A stretch of DNA of 64,000 nucleotides from Candidatus Collierbacteria bacterium RIFOXYD2_FULL_45_13 (GTDB lineage Bacteria; Patescibacteriota; Microgenomatia; UBA1400; MFAQ01), in the NCBI GenBank assembly GCA_001774685.1, contig MFAS01000001.1, positions 351,557 through 415,556 on the forward strand. Reading direction: 5' to 3'. The stretch's first letter is position 1. Every line of letters starts with the position of its first letter. The translations under genes were made by a program, and so were the position numbers. Below the pieces are notes generated by a model, which made no database searches, was not told the origin of the DNA, and saw only the letters and a list, made by a program, of their open reading frames with translations. This document shows, in pieces, positions 55,143 to 64,000 of the stretch.

Positions 55143-56142
55143 TACGGGTCTCGTTATCGGTAAGTTTTATCCTTTTCACCAAGGCCATCAATTTTTAATC
55201 AAGACTGCCCTCAAGAACTCCGCTTCGGTAACCGTCATTGTCTGTCAAACCGATCGGTATCTCATTCCTGCCGATATTAGAGCCTGGTGGATCAGAGAGA
55301 CTTTTCCCAAGGTGGAAGTGCGTATCTTGAATCATGACGCCTCTCTGGACTCGGACTCTACCGATGTCTCCAAGGCCTGGGCCGATCTTACAGTCAAGTT
55401 TTTGGGCTATGCCCCAGACGCCGTTTTTACTTCCGAGATCTACGGTGCATCTTATGCCAAGTTCATGGGTAGTCACCATGTCATGGTGGATTTGAAAAGA
55501 CAGATTTTTCCTATAAGTGCTACCAAAATTAGATCGGCTGTGGATAAATACTGGAAATATTTACCGAGCGCCACCCAAGAATACTTCACACAAAAGATTG
55601 TGGTACTTGGTGCCGAGTCCACCGGTACTACCACCCTAGCCCAAGATCTCGCTCGTTACTATCATACTGTTTGGGTCCCGGAGTATGGCCGATTCTATTA
55701 TGAAGGTAAAATGTTTTCTCAAAACGCTTCTGACTGGAAAACTGATGAGTTCGTTCATATTGCTACCAACCAAAACCACCTTGAAGACGCTTTAATAAAA
55801 AAAGCCAATAGACTTCTAATCTGTGACACAGATGCTTTCGCCACCACCCTTTGGCACGAGCGTTATGTCGGCAAAGAGAGTCGGAAGCTGGAAAGAATTG
55901 TTAAGCGGCAGAAGCCTCTTCTATACATTCTCACGGACATCGACATTCCCTTTGTTCAGGATGGTACCCGGGACGGCGAACATATTAGACAAAATATGCA
56001 CCATAGATTTATCGAGGAGTTAAGTAGACGCAAACTAAATTACATAGTCGTCAGTGGAGACAAAGAAAAGAGACTGGCTGAATCGGTTAAGAAAATCGAC
56101 GAGTTAATTGCACTTCGAAATGTGCTATATTCGTCACCATGA
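55126..56142 (+). CDS. nadR: NadR-type bifunctional NMN adenylyltransferase / ribosylnicotinamide kinase (no HTH domain)
   Basis: GKFYPFHQGH nucleotidyltransferase motif; P-loop LGAESTGTTTL kinase domain. Confidence 0.7.
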   Translation: MPKKFSTGLVIGKFYPFHQGHQFLIKTALKNSASVTVIVCQTDRYLIPADIRAWWIRETFPKVEVRILNHDASLDSDSTDVSKAWADLTVKFLGYAPDAVFTSEIYGASYAKFMGSHHVMVDLKRQIFPISATKIRSAVDKYWKYLPSATQEYFTQKIVVLGAESTGTTTLAQDLARYYHTVWVPEYGRFYYEGKMFSQNASDWKTDEFVHIATNQNHLEDALIKKANRLLICDTDAFATTLWHERYVGKESRKLERIVKRQKPLLYILTDIDIPFVQDGTRDGEHIRQNMHHRFIEELSRRKLNYIVVSGDKEKRLAESVKKIDELIALRNVLYSSP

Positions 56143-56744
56143 GGTTAACCGAAAAAGAAGCGAACACAAGAGACCAATACAACAAAAACGCATCTGAGTG
56201 GCTCAAGTATTCAGGAGGAGAAAAAAGACCTTGTTTCTGGTCAGCCGAAATGAAGGATTTTGTCTCGTATCTATCTGGAAGTACCGTTCTTGATCTCGGT
56301 GCCGGACCGGCAACCGATAGTAGTTACTTGAGAGAATTCGGGCTGGATGTCATCTCAACTGATTATTCAAGAAGTATGTTAGGCATTGCTCATTCCCTGG
56401 ACCCAAAACTAAATCTGGTCGAATCAAACACCTACCTCTCACCGTTTAAGAACAACTCTTTTGACGGGGTTTGGTTTTGTGCTTCGTTACTACATTTAGA
56501 AAATCCGAATCTTGCCATGTTAGAAGTTAAACGTCTTCTCAAAGAAAAAGGAATCTGTTTTGTTTCGGTCAAGCAAGGTACGGGAGACAAGGTAGATCCC
56601 AAAACGGGTTACTACTTCAAATATTTTCTTGACGAAGAACTACAGCACTTGTTCGGCCTCACTGGTTTTGACATATTAAAATCACAGTCAAGGGAAGGAA
56701 CTGTCGGCCATCCCTGGCTTACTTATCAGCTAATTAAGCCTTAA
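56139..56744 (+). CDS. class I SAM-dependent methyltransferase
   Basis: VLDLGAGPATD motif I. Confidence 0.6.
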   Translation: MRLTEKEANTRDQYNKNASEWLKYSGGEKRPCFWSAEMKDFVSYLSGSTVLDLGAGPATDSSYLREFGLDVISTDYSRSMLGIAHSLDPKLNLVESNTYLSPFKNNSFDGVWFCASLLHLENPNLAMLEVKRLLKEKGICFVSVKQGTGDKVDPKTGYYFKYFLDEELQHLFGLTGFDILKSQSREGTVGHPWLTYQLIKP

Positions 56745-56748
56745 GGTC

Positions 56749-57504
56749 TTACTTTTTTACAGCCAATATTGCCATAAACATCGGGAACTCCTCACGCGCA
56801 CGGTTTTCCATCTTGGCTGCTTTTCCCTCGCTTTTTTTCTCTGATGTCCACTCCTCAATTTTTTTGATGAGGAAACCGTTACCAAAAAGGTAGTTGGAAT
56901 AATCTTCAACCGGGTGGTGGAAAGACCAAGTCACTGGGGAGTTCTCTTCTCCGGGATGGGTATTTATAGGTATCTCTAAAGGGGACATGTATCGATTAAT
57001 TCTCCTGTATTGCATTTTGTTTGCTTTGTCTTCTTCCCAACTGCTCTGTCTGGGGATTCTGAAACAGGGATGATTCAACACTATGACCAATTCACCGCTC
57101 TTCTCCATTACCTCACTCAAATGCTGTATTGTTTTTTCCGGCTCTTTAATGTTTTGAAGTGCCAGAATGATCGCCGCCTTGTTAAAAGTTTCCTTCAGCC
57201 CAAAACTCTTGGTGGCGTCGGTTACCAAATATCTATGTGACTTGTTATTATCCAGACTCTTTGCTTCATCAATCAGCTTCTTTGACGCGTCCAGCCCTAC
57301 ATACTTTACCGACTCCGGCAACCTTCGGGAGAGCACTCCTTGACCACAAGCGACATCAATCAATCTGTCTCCAGGCTTCACCTCCAAGAGTTTAAGTGTT
57401 TGGGGAATAATCAGTGATTGGTGATAGAAATGTCCTTTCTCGCCTACAATCGATCCATACCATTTACTTACTTTTTCCCACGATGTATTTTTGTCATCCC
57501 TCAT
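56749..57504 (-). CDS. class I SAM-dependent methyltransferase
   Basis: RLIDVACGQGVLS motif I. Confidence 0.6.
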   Translation of the reverse strand: MRDDKNTSWEKVSKWYGSIVGEKGHFYHQSLIIPQTLKLLEVKPGDRLIDVACGQGVLSRRLPESVKYVGLDASKKLIDEAKSLDNNKSHRYLVTDATKSFGLKETFNKAAIILALQNIKEPEKTIQHLSEVMEKSGELVIVLNHPCFRIPRQSSWEEDKANKMQYRRINRYMSPLEIPINTHPGEENSPVTWSFHHPVEDYSNYLFGNGFLIKKIEEWTSEKKSEGKAAKMENRAREEFPMFMAILAVKK

Positions 57505-57560
57505 TTAGCTATTTTCTCACACTTCTGATAAACTAAGTTTAACCCAAACAAAAACCGAAC

Positions 57561-58718
57561 ATGACCAAATCAGTCGAACCATTGGCTTCCCGCATTCGTC
57601 CTTCTAACTTGGAAGAGTTCATCGGCCAGGATCACCTTACGGGGGAGGGGAAACCCCTTCGTCTGGCTATCAAAAACAAATTGATTTTTTCTTTCATATT
57701 GTGGGGATCTCCCGGCACCGGAAAAACCACTATCGCCAGAATCTACGCGGACGCCATCGATGCTGATTTCCACGAGTTGTCAGCCGTCTCAGCCGGCAAA
57801 GACGATATTCGTCAAATCGCCGGAGAGAAAAATAAAGCTACCAAACCCATCGTCATTTTTTTGGACGAAATACATCGTTTCAACAAAGCTCAGCAGGATT
57901 TTCTTCTGCCCTTTGTTGAGTCGGGCAAGATTACTCTCATTGGGGCTACTACCGAAAATCCCAGTTTCGAAATTATTCCCCCGCTACTTTCCCGGTGCCG
58001 GGTTTTCGTTCTCAAGGAACATTCTCCGGAGGATATTGCTCAGATCATCGACCGTGCCACCAAGGCTCTAAAAACCAAGATGGACAATGATGTAAGGGAG
58101 TGGCTCTCGGAGTTTGCCAACGGGGACGCCCGTCAGGCCATAGGGCTAATCGAGTCCACCTTCAATCTTTACAAGGCCCTCACCATAGACAACTTTAAAA
58201 ACGCTATTCAAAATAAATTCTTAAGGTTTGACAAAAAAGGGGAGGAGCACTACAACGTCATTTCCGCCTTTATCAAATCCATGAGAGCCGGCAATCAGGA
58301 CGCCGCCATCTATTATCTGGCTCGTCTGGTAGATAGTGGCGAGGACCCTTTGTTTATCGCCCGCCGCATGGTTATCTTCGCCAGTGAAGATATTGGGGTT
58401 GCCCAGCCCACGGCACTGGTTGTCGCCAACGCCGTATTTCAGGCCTGTCAACAAATTGGTTATCCGGAATGCGCCATCAATTTGGCACACGGAGTCACGT
58501 ATCTGGCCGGCTGTACCAAAAACCGTTCGGCTTATGATGCTCTTCGGGCTGCCCAGGCTGACGTCACTCAACACGGAAATCTACCCATTCCTCTGAATCT
58601 TCGCAATGCCCCGACCAAGTTAATGAAGGGACTCGGTTACGGTTCCGGATACGAAATGTACTCCCAAGAAGATCTCCTTCCCATGAAGCTCAAAGGCAAA
58701 AAATATTTGAATAAATAG
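57561..58718 (+). CDS. rarA: replication-associated recombination protein A (RarA/MgsA AAA+ ATPase), short form
   Basis: Walker [10 protein letters not shown]; RarA-specific C-terminal helical domains. Confidence 0.8.
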   Translation: MTKSVEPLASRIRPSNLEEFIGQDHLTGEGKPLRLAIKNKLIFSFILWGSPGTGKTTIARIYADAIDADFHELSAVSAGKDDIRQIAGEKNKATKPIVIFLDEIHRFNKAQQDFLLPFVESGKITLIGATTENPSFEIIPPLLSRCRVFVLKEHSPEDIAQIIDRATKALKTKMDNDVREWLSEFANGDARQAIGLIESTFNLYKALTIDNFKNAIQNKFLRFDKKGEEHYNVISAFIKSMRAGNQDAAIYYLARLVDSGEDPLFIARRMVIFASEDIGVAQPTALVVANAVFQACQQIGYPECAINLAHGVTYLAGCTKNRSAYDALRAAQADVTQHGNLPIPLNLRNAPTKLMKGLGYGSGYEMYSQEDLLPMKLKGKKYLNK

Positions 58719-58745
58719 AAAAAAATGGTCTTCAATACCATATAA

Positions 58746-59213
58746 TTGTTCTTAACCATGAGGTCCAAAATCTACCTATATATACTCATCGGGCTGGGAG
58801 CCTTTTTCTTTCTTGTCTATTTCAATTATTTTAAAGCACAGTTGGCAATCAAAAACACACGACCCTCTCCGTTATTGATCGAACTGGTATCCTACCCGGA
58901 GTCTCTGCCTTACGGCAAAGAAGGAACTTTTTTGTGGCATGTCCAGTCAAGTCCTGATCTGTTTACTTCATTTTCCACCATATACTGGAGTTACCAAGCC
59001 AGTCCAAGCGCTCTGACGAAGCTTGACTCTCCACAGGCAGCAGCCTACCCTTTTTCTCTTCTGGACTACTCTGCCGGCAGATATAAGCTTCCCAACGATT
59101 TTAGTCTCGGCATCAAGTTTAATAAACCCGGAACAATTTTTTTTCGTGCGTACGCCAAGGTGGGCAACGAACACCTATGGTCCGAAGAAAAAAGCCTGGA
59201 GGTAATCAAATAG
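58746..59213 (+). CDS. hypothetical membrane-anchored protein
   Basis: N-terminal TM helix. Confidence 0.35.
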   Translation: MFLTMRSKIYLYILIGLGAFFFLVYFNYFKAQLAIKNTRPSPLLIELVSYPESLPYGKEGTFLWHVQSSPDLFTSFSTIYWSYQASPSALTKLDSPQAAAYPFSLLDYSAGRYKLPNDFSLGIKFNKPGTIFFRAYAKVGNEHLWSEEKSLEVIK

Positions 59214-59358
59214 TATGCCATCAAAACAAAAATTTTCGCTATCATTTTTTCTTATTATCACCGGTCTTACCATACTGGCAACCATTCTTTTGGGCCTCAG
59301 ATTCCTCGTTTTTTAACCGGTTAGCAATTTATCTCTTCATCTGCTAAAATCTTTAACT

Positions 59359-61719
59359 ATGGCAGAAAACGAACTCAAAAAAGACTTACCTCAGACAAGT
59401 CTCGTCCCCTTTATCGGACTTAGGGAAGGTGTTATTTTCCCGGACACAGAAGCCGTCCTTACTTTTGGCAGACCGGCTTCCATTTCCGGTATTAGTGAGG
59501 CCTACGCCAACGATCAGGAGGTCTGCTTTGCTTCACAGATAGATCCTAAAGCCAATGCAGAAAGTCTGACTGACTACTACACTATCGGAACTGTCTGTAA
59601 AATCACCAAGACCTTACCGGTAAATGACGAGCTGCACGCCATCGTCAAGGGGCTCCAAAAGGTCCACATCTCTCAGCTGGAAACACGCGACGGTCGTATG
59701 TGGTCGGTAGTCGAAGACATCGAAGAAATCACAGAAACCTCGCCGGAAATGATTGCCTTAGGCAATCGGGCAGTAGCGGAAATTAAGAAAGCTCAGGATC
59801 TGGGAAAGGCCAATATCGACCCAAGTATCTTGACGAAAATAATGAGCAGTGCCGATCCCGCTCTTATTGCCAATCAGATTTCTGCGGTTCTTGATGTCAA
59901 AAACGATGAAAAGCAGAGACTTTTGGAAGAGAACTCTACCGAAGACAGGCTCAATTTCATCTGTAAACGGCTCAACGAGGAAATAAAGATACTGGAGCTG
60001 GAGAAGAAAATCGAAAACAAAACTCAAAAAAGGTTTGACGAAAGCATGAAAGAGGCGGTTCTTCGTGAAAGGATGAGAGCCATTCAAAAAGAACTGGGGG
60101 AAGGCGGCGAAGAAGAGGAGATTGGAGAATTGAAGGGAAAACTGAAAAAAGCTAAACTTCCCAAAGAGATATATGCCAAAGTGAACAAAGAGCTGGAGCG
60201 TCTGGCCAAGCTGTCCATCCACAATCCGGAAACTTCATATCTCAGAACATGGATCGAGACAATTCTGGAACTACCTTGGGGTGAATACACCAAAAGCAGT
60301 TACTCGCTTGCCAAAGCGGAGAAAATCCTCAATCAGGATCACTATGGACTGGAAAAAGTCAAAGAAAGAATTCTGGAATATATCGCTGTCCTAAAGCTAA
60401 AGTCGGAACAGGTAAAAAATTCCAAAAAACACTCCGCCGTCCCACCAACCATACTCTGTTTTGTCGGGCCTCCGGGCGTTGGAAAAACATCTGTCGGCAG
60501 ATCCATTTCCAAAGCCATTGGCCGCAAGTTTGTCAAAATGTCTTTGGGAGGTGTTAAAGACGAAGCCGAAATACGCGGCCATCGTCGCACATATGTTGGT
60601 GCAATGCCCGGAAGGATTATTCAATCCATTAAGGACAGTGGTTCAAACAATCCGGTGTTTATGTTGGATGAAATAGACAAGATCGGTGCCGACTTTCGTG
60701 GAGACCCCAGCTCGGCCCTTCTTGAAGCTCTGGATCCCGAGCAGAACTTTGCTTTCCAAGATCACTACCTGGATATTCCCTATGATCTATCCCAAGTTCT
60801 TTTTATTACAACAGCAAACGTTCTGGATACCATTCCACCCGCACTTCGGGACCGATTGGAGGTTATAGAATTCTCCGGTTACACCGAAGAAGAAAAATTC
60901 CATATTGCCAAAAAATATTTACTCAAGAAACAAGCAGAGGTAAACGCTTTGGAACCCAAAGACGTCGATCTAAGTTCTCCCATGCTTCGTTATATAGTTC
61001 GCTACTACACGCGTGAAGCCGGTGTCCGAAATTTGGAAAGACAAGTAGCCTCAATCATGCGCAAAGCCGCCAAGGTCAAAGCTTCCGGCAAAGATCTTCC
61101 CATCATTGTTACCAAAGAGTTGATCCATAAATATCTTGGTCCCATTATGTTCAGTCACACTTTGGCCGAAGATACAGATCAAATCGGTCTGGTAACCGGT
61201 CTGGCTTACACCAAAGTCGGGGGAGATATTCTTTTTATCGAAGTCGCTCTCATGCCGGGACAGGGCAAGGTTACTCTCACCGGGCAGCTTGGTGATGTCA
61301 TGAAAGAGTCGGCCAAAGCGGCCTACTCCTATGTCCGCTCTCACTGCCACGAACTGGGCATAAAAGAACAGATAATTTCCAAATCGGACATTCACATTCA
61401 CGTACCGGAAGGTGCCGTTCCCAAAGACGGACCTAGCGCTGGTTTAGCGATCACCACCGCCATCATTTCTGCTTTCACAAAAAAGCCGGTTCCGAAAGAT
61501 CTGGCTATGACAGGGGAGGTTACTCTACGGGGTCGGGCTCTGGAGATCGGCGGAGTTCGCGAAAAAGTAGTCGCCGCCCACCGTGCAGGCATTAAACAGG
61601 TTATTCTTCCCAAGGAAAACGAAAAGAACATGGTCGATCTACCAGAAAAAGTGAAAAAGGATCTTAAGTTCTACTTTGCCAAGAGTATGGACGACGTGGT
61701 CAAAATCGTTTTTGGGTAG
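59359..61719 (+). CDS. lon: ATP-dependent Lon protease
   Basis: LON N-domain, AAA+ GPPGVGKTS, protease domain with PKDGPSAG catalytic Ser. Confidence 0.9.
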   Translation: MAENELKKDLPQTSLVPFIGLREGVIFPDTEAVLTFGRPASISGISEAYANDQEVCFASQIDPKANAESLTDYYTIGTVCKITKTLPVNDELHAIVKGLQKVHISQLETRDGRMWSVVEDIEEITETSPEMIALGNRAVAEIKKAQDLGKANIDPSILTKIMSSADPALIANQISAVLDVKNDEKQRLLEENSTEDRLNFICKRLNEEIKILELEKKIENKTQKRFDESMKEAVLRERMRAIQKELGEGGEEEEIGELKGKLKKAKLPKEIYAKVNKELERLAKLSIHNPETSYLRTWIETILELPWGEYTKSSYSLAKAEKILNQDHYGLEKVKERILEYIAVLKLKSEQVKNSKKHSAVPPTILCFVGPPGVGKTSVGRSISKAIGRKFVKMSLGGVKDEAEIRGHRRTYVGAMPGRIIQSIKDSGSNNPVFMLDEIDKIGADFRGDPSSALLEALDPEQNFAFQDHYLDIPYDLSQVLFITTANVLDTIPPALRDRLEVIEFSGYTEEEKFHIAKKYLLKKQAEVNALEPKDVDLSSPMLRYIVRYYTREAGVRNLERQVASIMRKAAKVKASGKDLPIIVTKELIHKYLGPIMFSHTLAEDTDQIGLVTGLAYTKVGGDILFIEVALMPGQGKVTLTGQLGDVMKESAKAAYSYVRSHCHELGIKEQIISKSDIHIHVPEGAVPKDGPSAGLAITTAIISAFTKKPVPKDLAMTGEVTLRGRALEIGGVREKVVAAHRAGIKQVILPKENEKNMVDLPEKVKKDLKFYFAKSMDDVVKIVFG

Positions 61720-61755
61720 ATGAATTGCTTCATATCACTTATGATTTAAGGTGAG

Positions 61756-62457
61756 ATGGTTAAACACAAAACTATCGGCGTTCTCGGGGGTTCAGGTCCC
61801 ATTGCAGGAGCCAATGTCTACATCCGGATGCTACGACACGCCCAATTAAAGTATCATGCCGTTCAAGACACTGACTATCCACCCACGATTCTGTATAGTC
61901 TGCCTCTGGAAGGTTTCACAGAAAAGGGTAGTGTTGATAATCACTTGTTAAGGGTTCAATTCAGACATGGCTTGTCGGTTCTTCAGAACTCGGGCAGCGA
62001 TATCATTATCATCGCTTGTAACACCTTACACACTTTGCTTCCGGAGTTCAAAGACGAAATCTCAATTCCTATTCTGGACATGATTTCCCTTACGGTAGAC
62101 AGTGTTGTCGACTCACACGTCCGGACCGTCGGTGTACTCGCATCCGAGGAGAGCCATAGAAAACAGTTATATGGTCAACTCTTGAGTACTAAAGACATTG
62201 AGGTTCTCGAAGTCGATGACATGGCTCAGATTGATCTAAACAACATTATTCTTCATGTCATGGGGGGCACTTATTCGGTATTAGATAACCAGGTTCTCAT
62301 GAAAGTAATCAATTCACTAGTGGCCAGAGGCGCCGAAAGTGTCATAATTGGATGTACCGAATTATCAATTGTGGCTGAGCATATTAAACCATCCATCAAG
62401 CTACATGACAGTGCCGATATTCTTGCCGTTGCCGTGGTAGATTATGCAATGAAATAA
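61756..62457 (+). CDS. aspartate/glutamate racemase family protein
   Basis: IGVLGGSGP..., IIIACNTLH and IGCTEL motifs. Confidence 0.7.
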   Translation: MVKHKTIGVLGGSGPIAGANVYIRMLRHAQLKYHAVQDTDYPPTILYSLPLEGFTEKGSVDNHLLRVQFRHGLSVLQNSGSDIIIIACNTLHTLLPEFKDEISIPILDMISLTVDSVVDSHVRTVGVLASEESHRKQLYGQLLSTKDIEVLEVDDMAQIDLNNIILHVMGGTYSVLDNQVLMKVINSLVARGAESVIIGCTELSIVAEHIKPSIKLHDSADILAVAVVDYAMK

Positions 62458-62473
62458 TTATTAAATAATAAAT

Positions 62474-63439
62474 ATGAAGATATACAATCTCCAAACGGAC
62501 AAAGACCTTGTCCCGGAACTTAAAGAAGTCCTTGAACATTTGCGCCAGCAAAGAAACTTTGACGAGAGTTATTACCTGAAAAAGAAGTTGGGCTTATTGA
62601 ATGACTATATGCGCGAATTTAGTCTAAAATCCTGTGTCGTCGCGGTCAGTGGTGGAATTGACTCGGCCGTAACTTTGGGGATTGTCCATTCGGCTTCAAA
62701 AGAACCCAATTCGCCGATTAAGAAGATAGTGCCCGTCTTCCTGCCGGTTTTCTCGAAAGAGTCAGCTTCAAATCAGGAGTCCACAGTCGACCGTGGTCTG
62801 GATTTGGTCAATCACTTTGGATTAACTCCAGCTAAGGTAGATCTTACCGAATGTCATGCCGTGATGAAAAAAACCGTGGACTCCGCCATGCGGTTTACCG
62901 GAGCCGGTTGGGCCTCTGGCCAGCTCGTTTCCTATATGAGGACTCCCGCTCTTTATTACATCACCAGCCTTTTGTCGGAGATGAGCATGCCAGGGATATT
63001 GTGTGGTACTACCAACAGAGATGAGGGTGCATACATCGGTTATTTTGGTAAAGCCTCCGACGGTCTTGTAGATGTTCAAATTATCTCCGATATTCATAAA
63101 AGCGAAGTTTATCGGATGGCGAAAGTGCTTGACTTGCCCAAAAGCGTCATCGACGCTATTCCCTCAGGTGATATGTACGATGCACGACCAGACGAGGAAG
63201 TGTTTGGTGCGACGTATGATTTTGTTGAGCTATACATGCTTTATCTTTCTTTAAACTCTCCCGAAACCAAGAGCCATCTTCGTAGGGGCTGGAGCCAAGC
63301 AGCCATTGATCAATTTGAGCTTCTAAGCTCCAGACTAGAATCAATGCACTCGTATAACAAACATAAGTATCTGGGAAAAAATCCATCCGTTCACTTTGAT
63401 ATTTATGAAAGGTTCGTTCCTGGTGGTTGGATGGACTAA
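62474..63439 (+). CDS. nadE: NH3-dependent NAD+ synthetase
   Basis: PP-loop VAVSGGIDSAV; ~320 aa. Confidence 0.8.
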   Translation: MKIYNLQTDKDLVPELKEVLEHLRQQRNFDESYYLKKKLGLLNDYMREFSLKSCVVAVSGGIDSAVTLGIVHSASKEPNSPIKKIVPVFLPVFSKESASNQESTVDRGLDLVNHFGLTPAKVDLTECHAVMKKTVDSAMRFTGAGWASGQLVSYMRTPALYYITSLLSEMSMPGILCGTTNRDEGAYIGYFGKASDGLVDVQIISDIHKSEVYRMAKVLDLPKSVIDAIPSGDMYDARPDEEVFGATYDFVELYMLYLSLNSPETKSHLRRGWSQAAIDQFELLSSRLESMHSYNKHKYLGKNPSVHFDIYERFVPGGWMD

Positions 63440-63442
63440 ATT

Positions 63443-64000
63443 ATGAAAGATCTTTGGAGTGATTTTGGAGTAAGACCTGGTGTGACCGTCGAGGAACTCG
63501 ATAGATCATATGTTCTTCGCCGGTCAAAGGCAAAAGGTAAACACAAAGATCTCCGTTTGGCCTGGAAAATTCTTAGAGATCCCTATGCCGCCGCCGCCTA
63601 CGGCAATTACAAACAAATCCGTTCCGTCATTGAGGCCGGTTTTTTTGATGACGAGGTTGAGCCGGAAAATTACAAACCTGAAAGAAATGACCTAAACTGG
63701 CTGACCACTCCCTTTCAGAAAATCATTAACAATATCCACGATCTCGATTCGGATACAATTGACCATTTTCAAAAGATACCACCTGTAGTTTTACTATCCA
63801 CCGGAGCTTTTTCACCCATCCACCAAGGGCATCTCATGATGATGGAAAATGCCAAAAAGGAACTGGAGAACAGAGGGAGAACTGTCCTGGGAGGATACAT
63901 TTCTCCCTCTCACGACAAATATGTGTTTGGAAAATACAAAGATGTTCTCTTTCTTGACACATCGCATAGGCTGAGGTTATGTGAGAAAGCCGTTGCTCAT
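63443..64000 (+). CDS. partial (3' end off-window) protein: J-domain-like N-terminus fused to an NMNAT/NadD-type nucleotidyltransferase
   Basis: Not in the ORF track because it has no stop. My translation gives MKDLWSDFGVRPG...VLLSTGAFSPIHQGHLMMMENAKKEL, which carries the (H/T)xGH nucleotidyltransferase motif. Confidence 0.45.
   Translation, partial: MKDLWSDFGVRPGVTVEELDRSYVLRRSKAKGKHKDLRLAWKILRDPYAAAAYGNYKQIRSVIEAGFFDDEVEPENYKPERNDLNWLTTPFQKIINNIHDLDSDTIDHFQKIPPVVLLSTGAFSPIHQGHLMMMENAKKELENRGRTVLGGYISPSHDKYVFGKYKDVLFLDTSHRLRLCEKAVAH

Noticed and set aside
59216-59317. 33-aa hydrophobic mini-ORF (MPSKQKFSLSFFLIITGLTILATILLGLRFLVF) between 58746..59213 and lon
   Set aside because: Plausible small membrane peptide, but too short and without RBS or homology support to call.
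1-64000. Checked for CRISPR arrays and rRNA genes
   Set aside because: No short direct repeats with regular unique spacers. No rRNA-like conserved blocks seen. The only periodic repeats are coding (the 147-nt x3 zinc ribbons and the 21-nt x2 duplication in the DUF1003 gene).

Overview
The window looks like a gene-dense stretch of a small-genome bacterium, probably CPR/Patescibacteria-like, based on a split transketolase, an archaeal-type NMNAT, many DUF and small membrane ORFs, a sortase and a giant surface protein. Positions 1-39.5 kb are mostly housekeeping: secD-secF, cysS, cca, rel, a D-Ala-D-Ala carboxypeptidase, gltX, an FAD oxidase, transketolase halves, glycerate kinase, a MacB-like ABC transporter beside a 1398-aa surface protein, an Erm-like rRNA methyltransferase, a PAS histidine kinase, a sortase and TspO. 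Positions 39.6-52.7 kb look like an accessory island. It ends at a tRNA-Gln(CUG) with an adjacent large serine recombinase that is flanked by two inverted copies of a 33-bp GC-rich palindromic hairpin. The island cargo is a glycosyltransferase cluster (GT4, GT2), a HAD phosphatase, a histidine phosphatase, an RHH regulator, an ABC1 kinase, a methyltransferase, a DedA protein and an unknown 345-aa protein. The island also holds three copies (two direct, one partial and inverted) of a ~0.4-kb non-coding repeat whose hairpins are maintained by compensatory base changes and whose start resembles a degenerate tRNA. This repeat/recombinase/tRNA arrangement is the most unusual feature of the window. 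Positions 52.7-64 kb carry NAD salvage genes (pnuC, a nadR-type NMNAT/kinase, nadE, and a partial J-like/NMNAT fusion at the window edge), four SAM methyltransferases, rarA, lon and an Asp/Glu racemase. No CRISPR array or rRNA was seen. Coordinates taken from the ORF track are exact; coordinates I counted by hand may be off by 1-2 nt, because I found a 1-nt inconsistency in my reading near 37560.
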